Source: Piedraia hortae CBS 480.64
Taxonomy: Eukaryota
NCBI GenBank assembly: GCA_010093745.1
Contig: MU005985.1
Location: forward strand, 62,001 to 126,000
DNA: 64,000 bases
Direction of reading: 5' to 3'
Position 1 is the first letter of the stretch; each line of letters begins with the position of its first letter. This document shows, in pieces, positions 10,821 through 21,578 of the stretch. The notes beneath the pieces were generated by a model that saw nothing but the letters and a program-made list of their open reading frames with translations, searched no databases and had not been told where the DNA came from. Position numbers and translations under genes: made by a program.

Positions 10821-12449
10821 CTCGGCAGCTTCCGTCACTTAGCATGCGACGCCAGCCTGATGATGTGACGCTGGGGTGCGCGTAATCTTGGGGTTAGCCT
10901 TTCGTTTGATGGCCAATCTCGAGAGTTAAGACGAGGGTCGGTAATGGCCCAATCATCCTTGTCCATCCGCTGGTTGTTCTTCATCTCGTTTCTCCAGCAG
11001 TTCTTCGTCGTCTCTGCAAGGTTCGAGGCGCCCTTGAGTGATGTCACATGTATGCACATACCGTAGGCGCCCAAACCAGGCGCGCGGCAGTCTTACTCTG
11101 CCTGCATCTGCATAGGCAAGCGGCTGGCGTCTTTTTTGGGAAACCGTCGAGCCGCTGGTCTTACAGCTTGACTGCGCATTCACGGCCTCGTCTCGAGCAT
11201 GTGTCGATCTTTGTTTGACCGTGTAATCCCTGACAGCACGACCTCAGGCCTTAGAATTCATCGAAGTGAGTTGCCTCTCCATGACTTTGACATCGATCAC
11301 GGCCAGGTTCACTTTGACCTCCTTGCTCAAAGCCTGTCATGTTCTTTCAATATCCATGTTCTTTAAGAAGCTTTCAAATGCCGTTGCTGTGGGAGTCAAA
11401 TTGAGCAAGCTGACATTGGCCGCAACGGTCGTCATCTGATAGTAGCGCGGTTGCCAGAAAACGGTACGATAATGAGAGCGTGCCCGTGATAGCCGTCCGC
11501 TGGACTGCTGGCAGGAAATCGATCCCTTCTAGGCGTCGGCCATGAGGGATGTTCGTTACGAAGATAGATGAGCATATGTATCCTGCCAAATCTCACATCT
11601 TACAGATAACCACCCTTATCCCCGCCTCATTACTATCTATCATAGATGATGGTCTGTAGCCTGCACCCCAAGTCCCACATGTACGTTCATTCCTTCAGCA
11701 ATGCTGACATGCGGAGTCAGCGTGCAAAATCGTACTCCCGCTCCGTAGTTGTAATCAAAACGCGCAAAGTGCTAAACGAGTTGAACTGAACATAAATGGG
11801 TACCAGAGTGAGTGTCAACCTATTTCGGGTTGCGTAAAGGATCTGGAGAAAGATGAAACTGAGCTCTTCGGATCGCATAATATGATCCGTTCAAAGTGGA
11901 ACTAAACACAGCTGATCGCGTAATAATCCGGAGGAAAGTGAATCGATCCGGAGGAAGTGTACGAATCGCCTTCGCGATCCGCATCATCGCAGGTTTTGCT
12001 CACTCGCGGTGAAGCGTGCAGATCACACTGAGCCGCATCTCGCACCAATCTAATCAACGCGGAGAATAGACTACTCCATGGAAGATCCTACTAGACGATG
12101 CATCAATAGCGCAGCCACTCCACCACGAACCTGATCCTGAAAGCTTTGGAAAGCTCTGGAAAACGGTATGCCCTTCCCCTTTACACTGAGAATCGAGAAT
12201 CGCTCAAGACAATGTAGGCATTTCAGCTACATACAACTGTACGAATCTGTCGCCCCTCGAATCTCGGAAAAAAAGGCCTCAGCACCTCTCCGTGGAAAGA
12301 AACTCCCACACCTACTATGTAAAATACACCAACGGGCCATCTGGCAAAGTACATCGTACTACGTGATGCCATACTCATCCCCACGCGATAAAAATACAAC
12401 ACCCTCTCCCAACCCTCGGAATGCGTGGAAACACAGCATGGAATTGCCC

Positions 12450-14600
12450 TAATAGGACCTCAGAACCATTCCTGTGCTGTTTCCACCAGTCGTTACCAGC
12501 TGCGACGCTCGAGCCTACATGCCAAGATTATTCAGCTGCTCGAACAGTCGGCTGGTTAACCCCAGTTCCCTGTGTCAACTGCTGCCAGAGGCCATCCTCT
12601 GTGGCTTCATACTGCGCACCCTCGTCCTCAAACCCGTCCACCTCCCATGTAATCCGCCGAGTGTTGGTAATGAGGAAACCAGATGTGGTAAGGCACCTGC
12701 CATGTATCGCTTGGCCATCCGCATTTTCTGACACGCGATAAGGGCGGGCATCTGATGAAGAACCCTCATACGCTAGTCCTCGCAATTCGGTCTTGACGAG
12801 CGGGAGAGTAGTTGATGAGGTGCGATTCGGCTCTTGGACAGGGACGGATCTTTTTATTGGTAGCCTCATGGTGCAGCTTGGCCATGTACTGCTGATACAT
12901 TGTGAGAACAAACCCAAAAGATCAGGGTTGGGTGTTATTATGAAACGATAGACCCGCTAGCAGCTCAGTGGACGTCTTTTTCCGGGAATTTGTTTGATTC
13001 CACGGGATGAGCCACTGTTTTCAACTTCCAAACCATACGTGTCGCGATCAATTTTTCTATTGATTTGGCAACCAGTAGGCGAGATCGGTCGATAGCTGCT
13101 GGGGTAGTGAGTAATCCGGCTTTTTCTCCTTCCGAAGAATCAGGAGACAGCTACACATTTGCAATGGCAGCACGAGCACCACAAACTAGATTTCTTGCAG
13201 GCAAGGCGATGTATGGTCTCATGGCGGAAAGGAGTTGCACAGCGCAAAAACATGACGTGGTGAACGTGGGGAGGCATCTCAGCGGCAATCTCCCGACAAA
13301 TGGAGGAATTCTTCTTGGCCTTGCTGCAGTACTTCGCCACGTACTGAACCACAGTTTTGGCGTCCAGGCATGGAGAGACGTCGATGCTGCCTCGCCACGA
13401 TAGGGAATGGAGGCGGATGTAATGTTTTGTGGCCGGGTCATTACAACGTTGCTATTGGCTGTTGGGGCGGCAAGCGACTTCTGCCTGGGGAATGACTGTC
13501 CGAGGAAAGCCAAAGTGACAACGAGGCTCTGAAACATTGGTGGGTCGGCGGAGACAGTGTGCAGTGGTGCATTGGGAGTGATTCTGTACCCAGTTGATTA
13601 CGTCGGAGACAGACGCCATTGAGTTCTGGAGCCCCTCGGGGGCAGTGTTCAGAACACTATGAATCCCTTGGGGTGCACCAATTCGCGATGGTTCTGGGTT
13701 TACCGCGCTGGCGTGTCCTGCTCAGGACGCCGCAAATTCATCCTTCTCTTCCACGGTTACGGGGCCCTGCAGCTTACTAGTCCCGGTCCGCTCCAGATGA
13801 ATTCATGCACATGAGCGCTGCCTCTGGATTGGTACTCAATCCTGTACCAACAGTCTTTGACAGAGAACATCGACTTCATGATACACTTTGGAACCGGCGC
13901 AAGAAATGCTGGGTAGCGATGTGGGGGCAATCGCAAAGGTTTATGCGTGCAATCGTGTACCGAGTCCTCGAATCGCCTCCGACCCATCCGCCAAACTCAG
14001 GCATGAGGCGCATGAGGCTGTGCCACTGCATGTACGCAGCCGAGAAAGTGAATAACAGGGTCGGTGTGCCCAGAGCGCGTACGTAGGTCTCCAGCTCATG
14101 TCCTTTGCGGTTCCAGAAAGGGCGTGTACCTAAAACGTGGCATAGCAGCAGACAATGGAATTTATTAGGGCACGAGCCTCTGCAGTGCCTTCATCAAGGG
14201 CGGCATGGAGTTCAGATCACCCAATAAGCAAAGCCCACTAATTACATGAACTCGCGTTAAGCTCTTCGATTTGCTCTTCCTCAAATCTCTGTTTTCTTGT
14301 GCACGCAGTGTGGGGAGACTTCTAGTCCGAGCTCTTTCTGGTCGCAAGCCCAGCAGTCAGCAGACGATGGCTCTATTCCTACCAGATGTTGGGTGTGAAT
14401 AGTTCCTTGACGCCGTGAATTGACAATCTTTGGTGCCATACGCCTTTGGTGTTGGCGGTCTCCTTCCGATGTCCTCCTCTCCTCGTATCAAACGGCGGTA
14501 CCAGCTCACCGCAGATCATCACCGCTTCGCCATAACTCTCCGCTTCGGAGAAATTCTCCTTCAAGTGCGAAATTCTCCGCAGTGATGTCCCGGAATTTCA
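12450..14600 (-). mobile_element. Degenerate Helitron (Rep/HUH region), broken by frameshifts and stops
   Basis: Collinear Helitron Rep motifs on the minus strand: GTRPFWNRKGHELETYVRALGTPTLLFTFSAAYMQW (about 14130-14025), HUH motif WYRIEYQSRGSAHVH (13804-13849), and RCNDP..LSWRGSIDVSPC..VVQYVAKYCSK (about 13450-13320). Boundaries are approximate. Confidence 0.85.
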
Positions 14601-15417
14601 ATTCCTGCGCGCGAGGTGAACGTCGTAACGCGTCCGGGCGTCACCTTTGCATTGACATGTGCAGTGGGACCGCGCCTTTTCACAGAGTCGTTCTATCCAT
14701 TGTGATTAGAAGGTAATCGAAAGAAGTCGTTGTTAAAGAAGGGTCATGTGAACCTTTTGATGAGATCAAAACTTTGTTCGGCGTAACTTTTACACACGTT
14801 GCCAAAAAGAAAACTCAATTTAGGCCGTGAAGTATGCGTTGGGGGCCGTTGGTGGTTGTTCAATTTGATTATGCAGGGGTGCTGCGCCGCAATGAGGCTG
14901 TGTTCTATGCATGAAGGGTTATGCGAGTTGGGTTATGCAGAGTTGAACTGGGTTAGGTTGCATTTAGGATGGCTTGCCATGGCCGTCAAGATTTGAGGAC
15001 AATCTAAGGGAGGATTACTTCCCACCAAACCTTCCCAGAGCTTGGATTGGGGTTCATTGGCCAAAAACCCTGCATTTCAACGAAGAAGAGGCACTTAGAT
15101 GTGACTTTGGGTATGAAGTATTTGAACAGCTATAATTCGATGTGGGTTTCCATCCAAGTCTTGCAACTACATAATACTAATCTCCGCTACCAACATATCA
15201 GTCCCATGTAGTTGTTAGCTGTCGTTGGATCTGATTATGCAGGGGTCCAAGCCACAGCACTTCAGATGAACTGCAGACAAATCCTAAGCGCTGGGGACCT
15301 GCAGCGGGTCGCAATTTCGTGGGCCGGGAGGAAAATTTACTTAGCATTAGTCTTTCCAGCTCTTGATGCAATACCTACTGTCGAGGAAAATCTCGCTCTG
15401 GTGGGGTTCGCACTGTG

Positions 15418-16960
15418 ATGGACGCCAATGGACCGTTGCAAACGAGACCCGCGTCCACACATGCTCCAATTCCAGTAACATCCGAGCCAGCGGAGAAAGA
15501 AACCGATCTCAACTCGAAGCCAGCAGAGAAAGAATTGGACCCAACTCGCTCGGGGCCTATCCCGGTGGAAGAATCATCCGAAAAAGAAGTAGTTAATTCC
15601 AACACCTATCAAGACCACTCCACGAGTGGAACCTCATCCGGGCAACCAAGGAACAGGAAAAGGATATTCGGTTTGCCAAGTCTATGCTTTGCCTTGCTCG
15701 TACTCTTATTACTAGCTACCGGACTCTCCGTCGGTCTGGGCGTAGCCCTAAGCCGGAAAAAGAGCTCACATCCTCCTCCTCCTCCTCCATCCCCAACCTC
15801 CACCAGCATAACAACCCCCTCACCCTCTCCATCCTCAACGTCAACGCCACCCTCGTCCACCTCTTCCACCTCAACCCTCCCAACCGCAAAGCATCTCAAC
15901 TGCGCCTCAAACCCTCCCTCCGGCCGGAAAGCCCTAAACGGCACCGGTCTCGCCTTCGCGACCCTGTCCCAGAACCAAACAGCCTCATCAACCCAAACCC
16001 TCGCAAACCTCTACTACTCCGACGAGGAGACTCTCCGTGTGCACCAACTCTGGGGTAACGGGAGCTGGACAGACAATCCCCTCCCAATCCACACTACAAT
16101 CTTCTCCAAGTCCCCCCTCGCCGCACTCGCCACAACCAAAAACAACACCATTCTCTGGAATTTATTCTGTAAGGCTCCTCCCATTCGAATCTTTGAACCG
16201 TCTAACCAGCCTAGTCATCGACAAAACCCAAGCAGTCCAACACCTCACCTACGCCGACCCGGGGTTCACCTCACACGCCACCGCCCTAATCGACGACATG
16301 TCCTACAACCGCGCATTCGCGGATAGTAGAGCCTACATCGGCGGCGAGACCGGACTTGTCGTCTGTCCCGCCTACCCAAACCCCCACACACAAAAAGAGG
16401 GAATGGTACTATGGTATACCTCCAACTCAATGACGCTCTGGCAGTGGGAGTATCGCAGTGACTGGAAACCCATCCAAACGGAGATAAAACCGTTAGAGAA
16501 GGGAGTGGGGTGTTATACTAAAGTCGAGAATGATGTTGTGAATTTGATGACGGTCAATAGCTCGGCGAGTTCCTGGCAGTTTTATCGAGAGGTTTTTCGG
16601 GAGGGGTTTAACAGTAGTGGGCTTGAGAAGTGTGAGGGGGCTTTTGCGGTGGATGTGGAGGAGGAATTTTTGAGGAATGATGGGGGTTTGTTTTTTGTGA
16701 AGGATGGGCAGGGAGGGGTTTGGGGGAAGAATTTGAAGACGGAGTGGGATTGTGATGCTTTTCCGCGTGGGGAGGGGAGTGTGAGGGTTGGGGAGAAGGT
16801 TATGTTGAGTGAGGGACGGTTGGATGCGGGGACGGTGTATAATGGGAGTGGGACTGGCGATGCGTTGGTTTTCTTTCAGGATGAGGAGGGAGTTGTGCTG
16901 GGGTATGAGAGGAGGGAGGGGGGAAATTGGGTAGGGGGTGTTGATGTTTTGCAGTGTTAG
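15418..16960 (+). CDS. Single-pass membrane protein with a Ser/Thr/Pro stalk and a beta-rich (fucose-lectin-like propeller?) ectodomain, about 498 aa
   Basis: Two overlapping ORFs are joined in frame by intron 16169-16214 (GTAAGG..TCTAAC..CTAG). Basic RNRKR precedes TM LCFALLVLLLLATGLSVGLGVAL, followed by an S/T/P stalk and N-glycosylation sequons. The lectin-like assignment is tentative. Confidence 0.7.
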
Positions 16961-17330
16961 CGGGATGCATGGGAAGGGGAGGGGATGATGGTAGGGCGAC
17001 CTGGCGTTGATATTCACGTCACTTTACGGGGACCTGTTGAGTGTGATGAGGTTGAGTCTGAAAAGTTGTGGGTGCGTTGAGGGGTACTCCAATGGCCAAG
17101 ATAGATGGGGCTATTGTGGGGTTTGAAACAAGGTATGCAGCTGGATCGGCGGGGGATGTTCTGCTGCGTTGACAAGGGCATCTACAGTCACCTTCTTTCA
17201 ACAGACTTGCTTAATTACCTCAGCAGCTGTTGACCTCGTAAGAACAGCTTATTGTTGGGTATATTCGACTGCAACGCAGAAACAATGTACATCGAAGAAC
17301 GAGATGCAGCGCATGTTAATCCGAGGCCTC

Positions 17331-18134
17331 CTAGTCACCCTGATAGGCATAGCGGCTGCCGGCTCCGTTTACGTCGTGAGAGTAGTAAGCTTGTCTCCTT
17401 TCGAGAGAGGGATCACGGCTTCGGACAGACGAAGAGCGGACATGGGAATCATAGGGTTGATAGCCGTAGCTGCTGTGATAATTTCCACGACTAGACCCGC
17501 TGTAGGGATTGCGGGCGCCACGTGCGCGACGGGGATATGTACCTCCGCGGGAGGCAGAGTCGTTGCAAGGACGGCAATCGTTGCGGTCTGGCTCGTCACG
17601 CTGCTGGCGAACATTGCGCCATGACACCGGGTCCGACGGACTATGCGACCGCTTCAAATGTGCCGAGTCTGTTATTACGTGGCTGGGGAGGTCAGCGGGA
17701 AGGGGCGGAGCGGCAGAGAGAGTGGAAGTCGAAGGAGGGGGCTCATGGCGGAGGACCTCCATGGCCAAGAGCTCTTCCGAGTGAAGCTCCTCCAGACGCA
17801 ATCTGATGCGCGCGGCTTCCTCTTCGAGCGCCAGCCGTTCCTTGTGCACGCGCAGCTTCGAGTCACGATATTCGCGGTTGTGGTACCCCGTCACGCGTAG
17901 CCACAGGTCTAGGTCGGCGTAGTAATCTTCTTGCACAGATTCTTTGGATTCACCTGCGTCGCCGGGATCCTTAGGCGGCTTGGACTCGGCGGCTGCGTCG
18001 GGCTCCGCAGCTGTGATGTCAGCTACGCCTGGTTTCACAACCACCGATTGGAGTTCGTCGCTGGGCGTCTTGGCGGATGCCTCGGCTTCTTTCGTCTTGG
18101 GTCGCCCCATCATCGCCGTCTCGGCCACGGCCAT
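17331..18134 (-). CDS. Hypothetical protein, 267 aa, with a helical/coiled-coil segment and an R/S/Y-rich tail
   Basis: ATG in good context (AAAATGG). The segment DLDLWLRVTGYHNREYRDSKL..EEEAARI resembles a block I recall upstream of the YTH domain in fungal YTH proteins, but no YTH domain follows. Confidence 0.6.
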   Translation of the reverse strand: MAVAETAMMGRPKTKEAEASAKTPSDELQSVVVKPGVADITAAEPDAAAESKPPKDPGDAGESKESVQEDYYADLDLWLRVTGYHNREYRDSKLRVHKERLALEEEAARIRLRLEELHSEELLAMEVLRHEPPPSTSTLSAAPPLPADLPSHVITDSAHLKRSHSPSDPVSWRNVRQQRDEPDRNDCRPCNDSASRGGTYPRRARGARNPYSGSSRGNYHSSYGYQPYDSHVRSSSVRSRDPSLERRQAYYSHDVNGAGSRYAYQGD

Positions 18135-18451
18135 TTTTAATTATTTTGGGAACGTCGTGCGGGATTGACGGCGATTGGCTGGGCGGGCCTCGGGAGGATT
18201 CGGAACGCCCCGGCTGGACGTCAACCTTGCAATTGACAGGTGACATTCACCACACTATATTAAAAAGTACAAACAAGTCTCATCATCTAGCTCATTTTTA
18301 GCCATCTAGGTAGTTGTGAATAGTTTCCATATCCACCAACACGTCCCCGTCGAGTCATCAACCCGAGTGATCTCCCGGCTTCTCCTTCCCTCTACCGTAA
18401 CCACCCGCACTCACACCCCATCCCCCTCTGACCTGTGATGGCCTCCCTAAG

Positions 18452-19810
18452 ATGTCCTGCGGACGGATGCACCAATGCTTCCAGACCCTCCGGTCGTACG
18501 CCAAGTTCATCGGACCGGGGTTCATGGTCTCGGTCGCCTACATCGACCCAGGCAACTACGCGACCGACGTTTCCGCGGGGGCAGCCTACCGCTTCAAGCT
18601 ACTCTTCGCCGTTCTCCTCTCCAACCTAATCGCCATCTTCCTCCAAAGCCTCACCATCAAACTCGGCTCGGTGACCGGCCTCGACCTCGCGCAAAACTGC
18701 CGCAAACACCTCCCCAAATGGCTCAACTACATCCTCTTCTTCTTCGCCGAGAGCGCCATCATCGCAACCGACATCGCCGAAGTCTACGGCACTGCAATCG
18801 CCCTCAACCTCCTCCTCCACATCCCCCTCGTCGCGGGGTGCGCCATCTCAATCGTGGATGTAATGTTCATCCTCCTCTTCTACAACAGTGACGGCTCCCT
18901 CCGCGGCCTCCGTTTATTCGAAACCTTCGTCGCCCTGCTAGTCCTCGCCGTTGTAATCTGCTTCTGCATCCAACTCTCCCTCATCGGCTCCCGCGCTGCC
19001 GTCGGCGAGGTATTCCGGGGCTACCTCCCCTCCTCAACCCTCATCCGCGGCTCAGCGTTATACCAAGCCTGCGGCATCCTCGGCGCGACCGTAATGCCGC
19101 ATAGTCTCTACCTCGGTTCGTCCATCGTCCGCGCCAGACTAAAGGACTTTGACTCCCAGCGCGGAGCAGTCGTCGATAAACTCTGGCGTCCCTCCGTCCC
19201 GGCGATCAAACACTGCCTCTCCTACTCCATCGCCGAGCTGGCAATCAGCCTCTTCACATTCGCCCTCTTCGTCAATTCTGCAATACTCATCGTCGCGGCG
19301 GCGTGGCTTTCTCCATCTTCATCATCCCCCTCGTTATTCACAATCCACTCCCTCCTCAGCTCAACCGTCTCCCCCGCCGCAGGCATCTTGTTCGCGCTCG
19401 CCCTCCTCCTCTCGGGCGTTAGCGCGGGTATCGTGTGCACCATGTCTGGACAAATTATCTGCGAGGGCCAACTTAACCTCCATCTCCGGCCCTGGGTCCT
19501 AAGACTGCTCACCCGATCTGTGGCTATTCTCCCGTCTATTGTTGTTGCGGCTGCGACGGGAAAGAAGGGCGTCAATGCCGCTCTCCAGGCCTCGCAGGTT
19601 GCCTTGTCGGTTATTCTGCCCTTCACGGCCGCGCCCGTGGTGTATTTCACAGCGAGGGGGAGGTATATGAGCGTCCCCTCACCGGAGCGAGGGGGGAGCG
19701 TCCCCATGGGGAATCATTGGGGAACGACTGCGCTTGCGGTTGGGGTATGGGGCTTTTTGGTGGTGCTTAATGGCGCGTTGGTTGTTTTGGTTTGTTTGGG
19801 GAAAGGGTAG
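18452..19810 (+). CDS. NRAMP-family divalent metal (Mn2+) transporter, Smf1/Smf2-like
   Basis: FIGPGFMVSVAYIDPGNYATD, AIIATDIAEV, GILGATVMPHSLYLGS and CTMSGQIICEG, with multiple TM helices. Confidence 0.95.
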   Translation: MSCGRMHQCFQTLRSYAKFIGPGFMVSVAYIDPGNYATDVSAGAAYRFKLLFAVLLSNLIAIFLQSLTIKLGSVTGLDLAQNCRKHLPKWLNYILFFFAESAIIATDIAEVYGTAIALNLLLHIPLVAGCAISIVDVMFILLFYNSDGSLRGLRLFETFVALLVLAVVICFCIQLSLIGSRAAVGEVFRGYLPSSTLIRGSALYQACGILGATVMPHSLYLGSSIVRARLKDFDSQRGAVVDKLWRPSVPAIKHCLSYSIAELAISLFTFALFVNSAILIVAAAWLSPSSSSPSLFTIHSLLSSTVSPAAGILFALALLLSGVSAGIVCTMSGQIICEGQLNLHLRPWVLRLLTRSVAILPSIVVAAATGKKGVNAALQASQVALSVILPFTAAPVVYFTARGRYMSVPSPERGGSVPMGNHWGTTALAVGVWGFLVVLNGALVVLVCLGKG

Positions 19811-20171
19811 ATTCTTTGGGGGAGACTTGCTTTTTGTTGGGAAATTTGGGGAGGAGCGTGTGTAGCGTAGAGCAGAACCTGGGATGTTGTGGGTAGAGTA
19901 TATTTTAACTGTTTGTGTGCTGATAAGGTTCTGATATGGGTGTGGGGAACTCTGTTGGAGGTGCATAAGCACACGAGTGGATTCGCCTGTCGACTTCGAT
20001 TCATATTCCTAGTGTCGATTCTAGCAACCTTCGATGCTGTGTTTGGGAAGTATGTTTTATTGATAAAAGGGTTGCACTCTAGCCTTCGAGATGAGTGGAT
20101 TTCGTGAACTGTGGAAAACTTCACTTCATAAACTTCGTTCTACATACAAACTTTTGTATACAGTTGTAATA

Positions 20172-20654
20172 TCAACAGTTGACTTCGGATCTGGTTATAC
20201 CCCATTCAAACTTTTGGCGCTTATGGAACTTGTAGTTTGAGTTGGCGTTTGCGCCGCTGCAGTCGCCTTTTGCTGTTAGTTTTTTTTTTTTTTTTTTTTT
20301 TTTTTGGGACAACGTTGGGGGAGAGTTTCCAAAGAGGTTTGGGGTGGGATGTTTGGGAGATATTCAAAAGGGTGATGAGAACTCTCCAGGGAGGAGGTAC
20401 TGGTTAGGGTATTGTTGAGGGCTTGGGAATATATCTGTGAAGGAATGGGAATTTCGTGAAGAGGATGTAGATTGAAATGGATGATTTGATGGTCTGAATG
20501 AAAAGAGCTTACCACAATCCTCGTGCATCCTGTACTCGATGGCGACGATACGGGCAGGACAACGCTTGTGAGTATCCCGATACTTTGTGCACCACGCCCG
20601 CACCGTCACACGCTGGTGTGCACACCTGTACTCGACTTGCGTGTAGTCGCACAT
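20172..20654 (-). CDS. Small Cys/His-rich protein, about 78 aa, two exons (20654-20513, 20266-20172)
   Basis: Exon 1 encodes MCDYTQVEYRCAH..WCTKY..HKRCP..EYRMHEDC. GTAAGC donor at 20512 and ACTAAC..AAG acceptor at 20267. Splicing restores a CGDC motif and ends at TGA 20172-20174. Confidence 0.7.
20280..20305. repeat. Poly(T)26 tract (poly-A on the transcribed strand) inside an intron, next to the branch point
   Basis: Directly visible. Confidence 0.95.
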
Positions 20655-21578
20655 TCTTCTTTTTCTGTTCGGTTGAATGGTGGAAATGTTGCTAGGTCGG
20701 TAGGCTCTTGGATGGGGATATAGGATGTCATCCACTTGGACGTCTAGCTAGCAGGCTGCTAGGCTGGAAGAACGAAAGTATTCCACTGATCCAGCAGTGG
20801 GAAGAGATGAAAGATGAGTACGCCGTCAAACTACTTATCCCAACCAAAGATTACACCTGACAGATCATTTGTTCACCCCAAAATTTGAATCGTCGGGGAG
20901 TACGTCTTCCTCTTTTTCAAATGTATTCCTTTCATTTCTTTTTTTTTCTTTTCCTTCTCTGACCAGGGGCTGGGCCAATCCTCCTCCCTCTGCTCAGGTA
21001 TATATTCCAATCTCGGCGTGCGCGAAACGCGGTGCTTCCCTAGTCCCTCACCCTTTTCGTGGAGAAAGGTACGAGAGCGAGTGGGGGGATAGTCGTCCCA
21101 TTCTAGATGTTTTACCTTGACGGGTGCTTGCCTAAAGTTGTATAGGATCCTTCAATGGGATTGTAAATGGTCAGAACCCAAGGTCCGGGTTCTCGGTTCC
21201 ACAACAATTAGGCAGGGCAGCGAGCACATGCAAGTAACACGTGCTGCACGTATAATGACACCTTAGATGAAACGGTGCTTGAACGACGATCGGTCATGCC
21301 GAGTTTCGGTAGGTCTAAATTGAGTGTGGCTGCTGATCTGCTTAGGCGAATTGATCTGACAAGTTTGAGATTGAGTAAGGGTCTCGCCATCATTGGTTGG
21401 GCTGTGTCGGAAGAGGAAAATGCCCGCCCGTTGAGTGTATCAGAACGTCGCACGACATGGACATAAATAATTTGGAAAAAAGAAAACATAAAGATCAACG
21501 GATGGGAAATCAGGAGTCTATAGGATGACAGCGGGATGATCCAATTTGTCATGTCGATCATGACAGAAAATCTTCCGA

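Noticed and set aside
11100..12400. PIF1 helicase half of the Helitron
   Set aside because: I found no Walker A (GTGKS) or other helicase motifs by eye, so the region is left unassigned.
20267..20513. [D1,2] stwintron geometry (G|GTAAGC..CAG|TACCT)
   Set aside because: The rebuilt donor GTACCT is poor, and two-step splicing shifts the frame and loses the CGDC motif. A single intron fits better.
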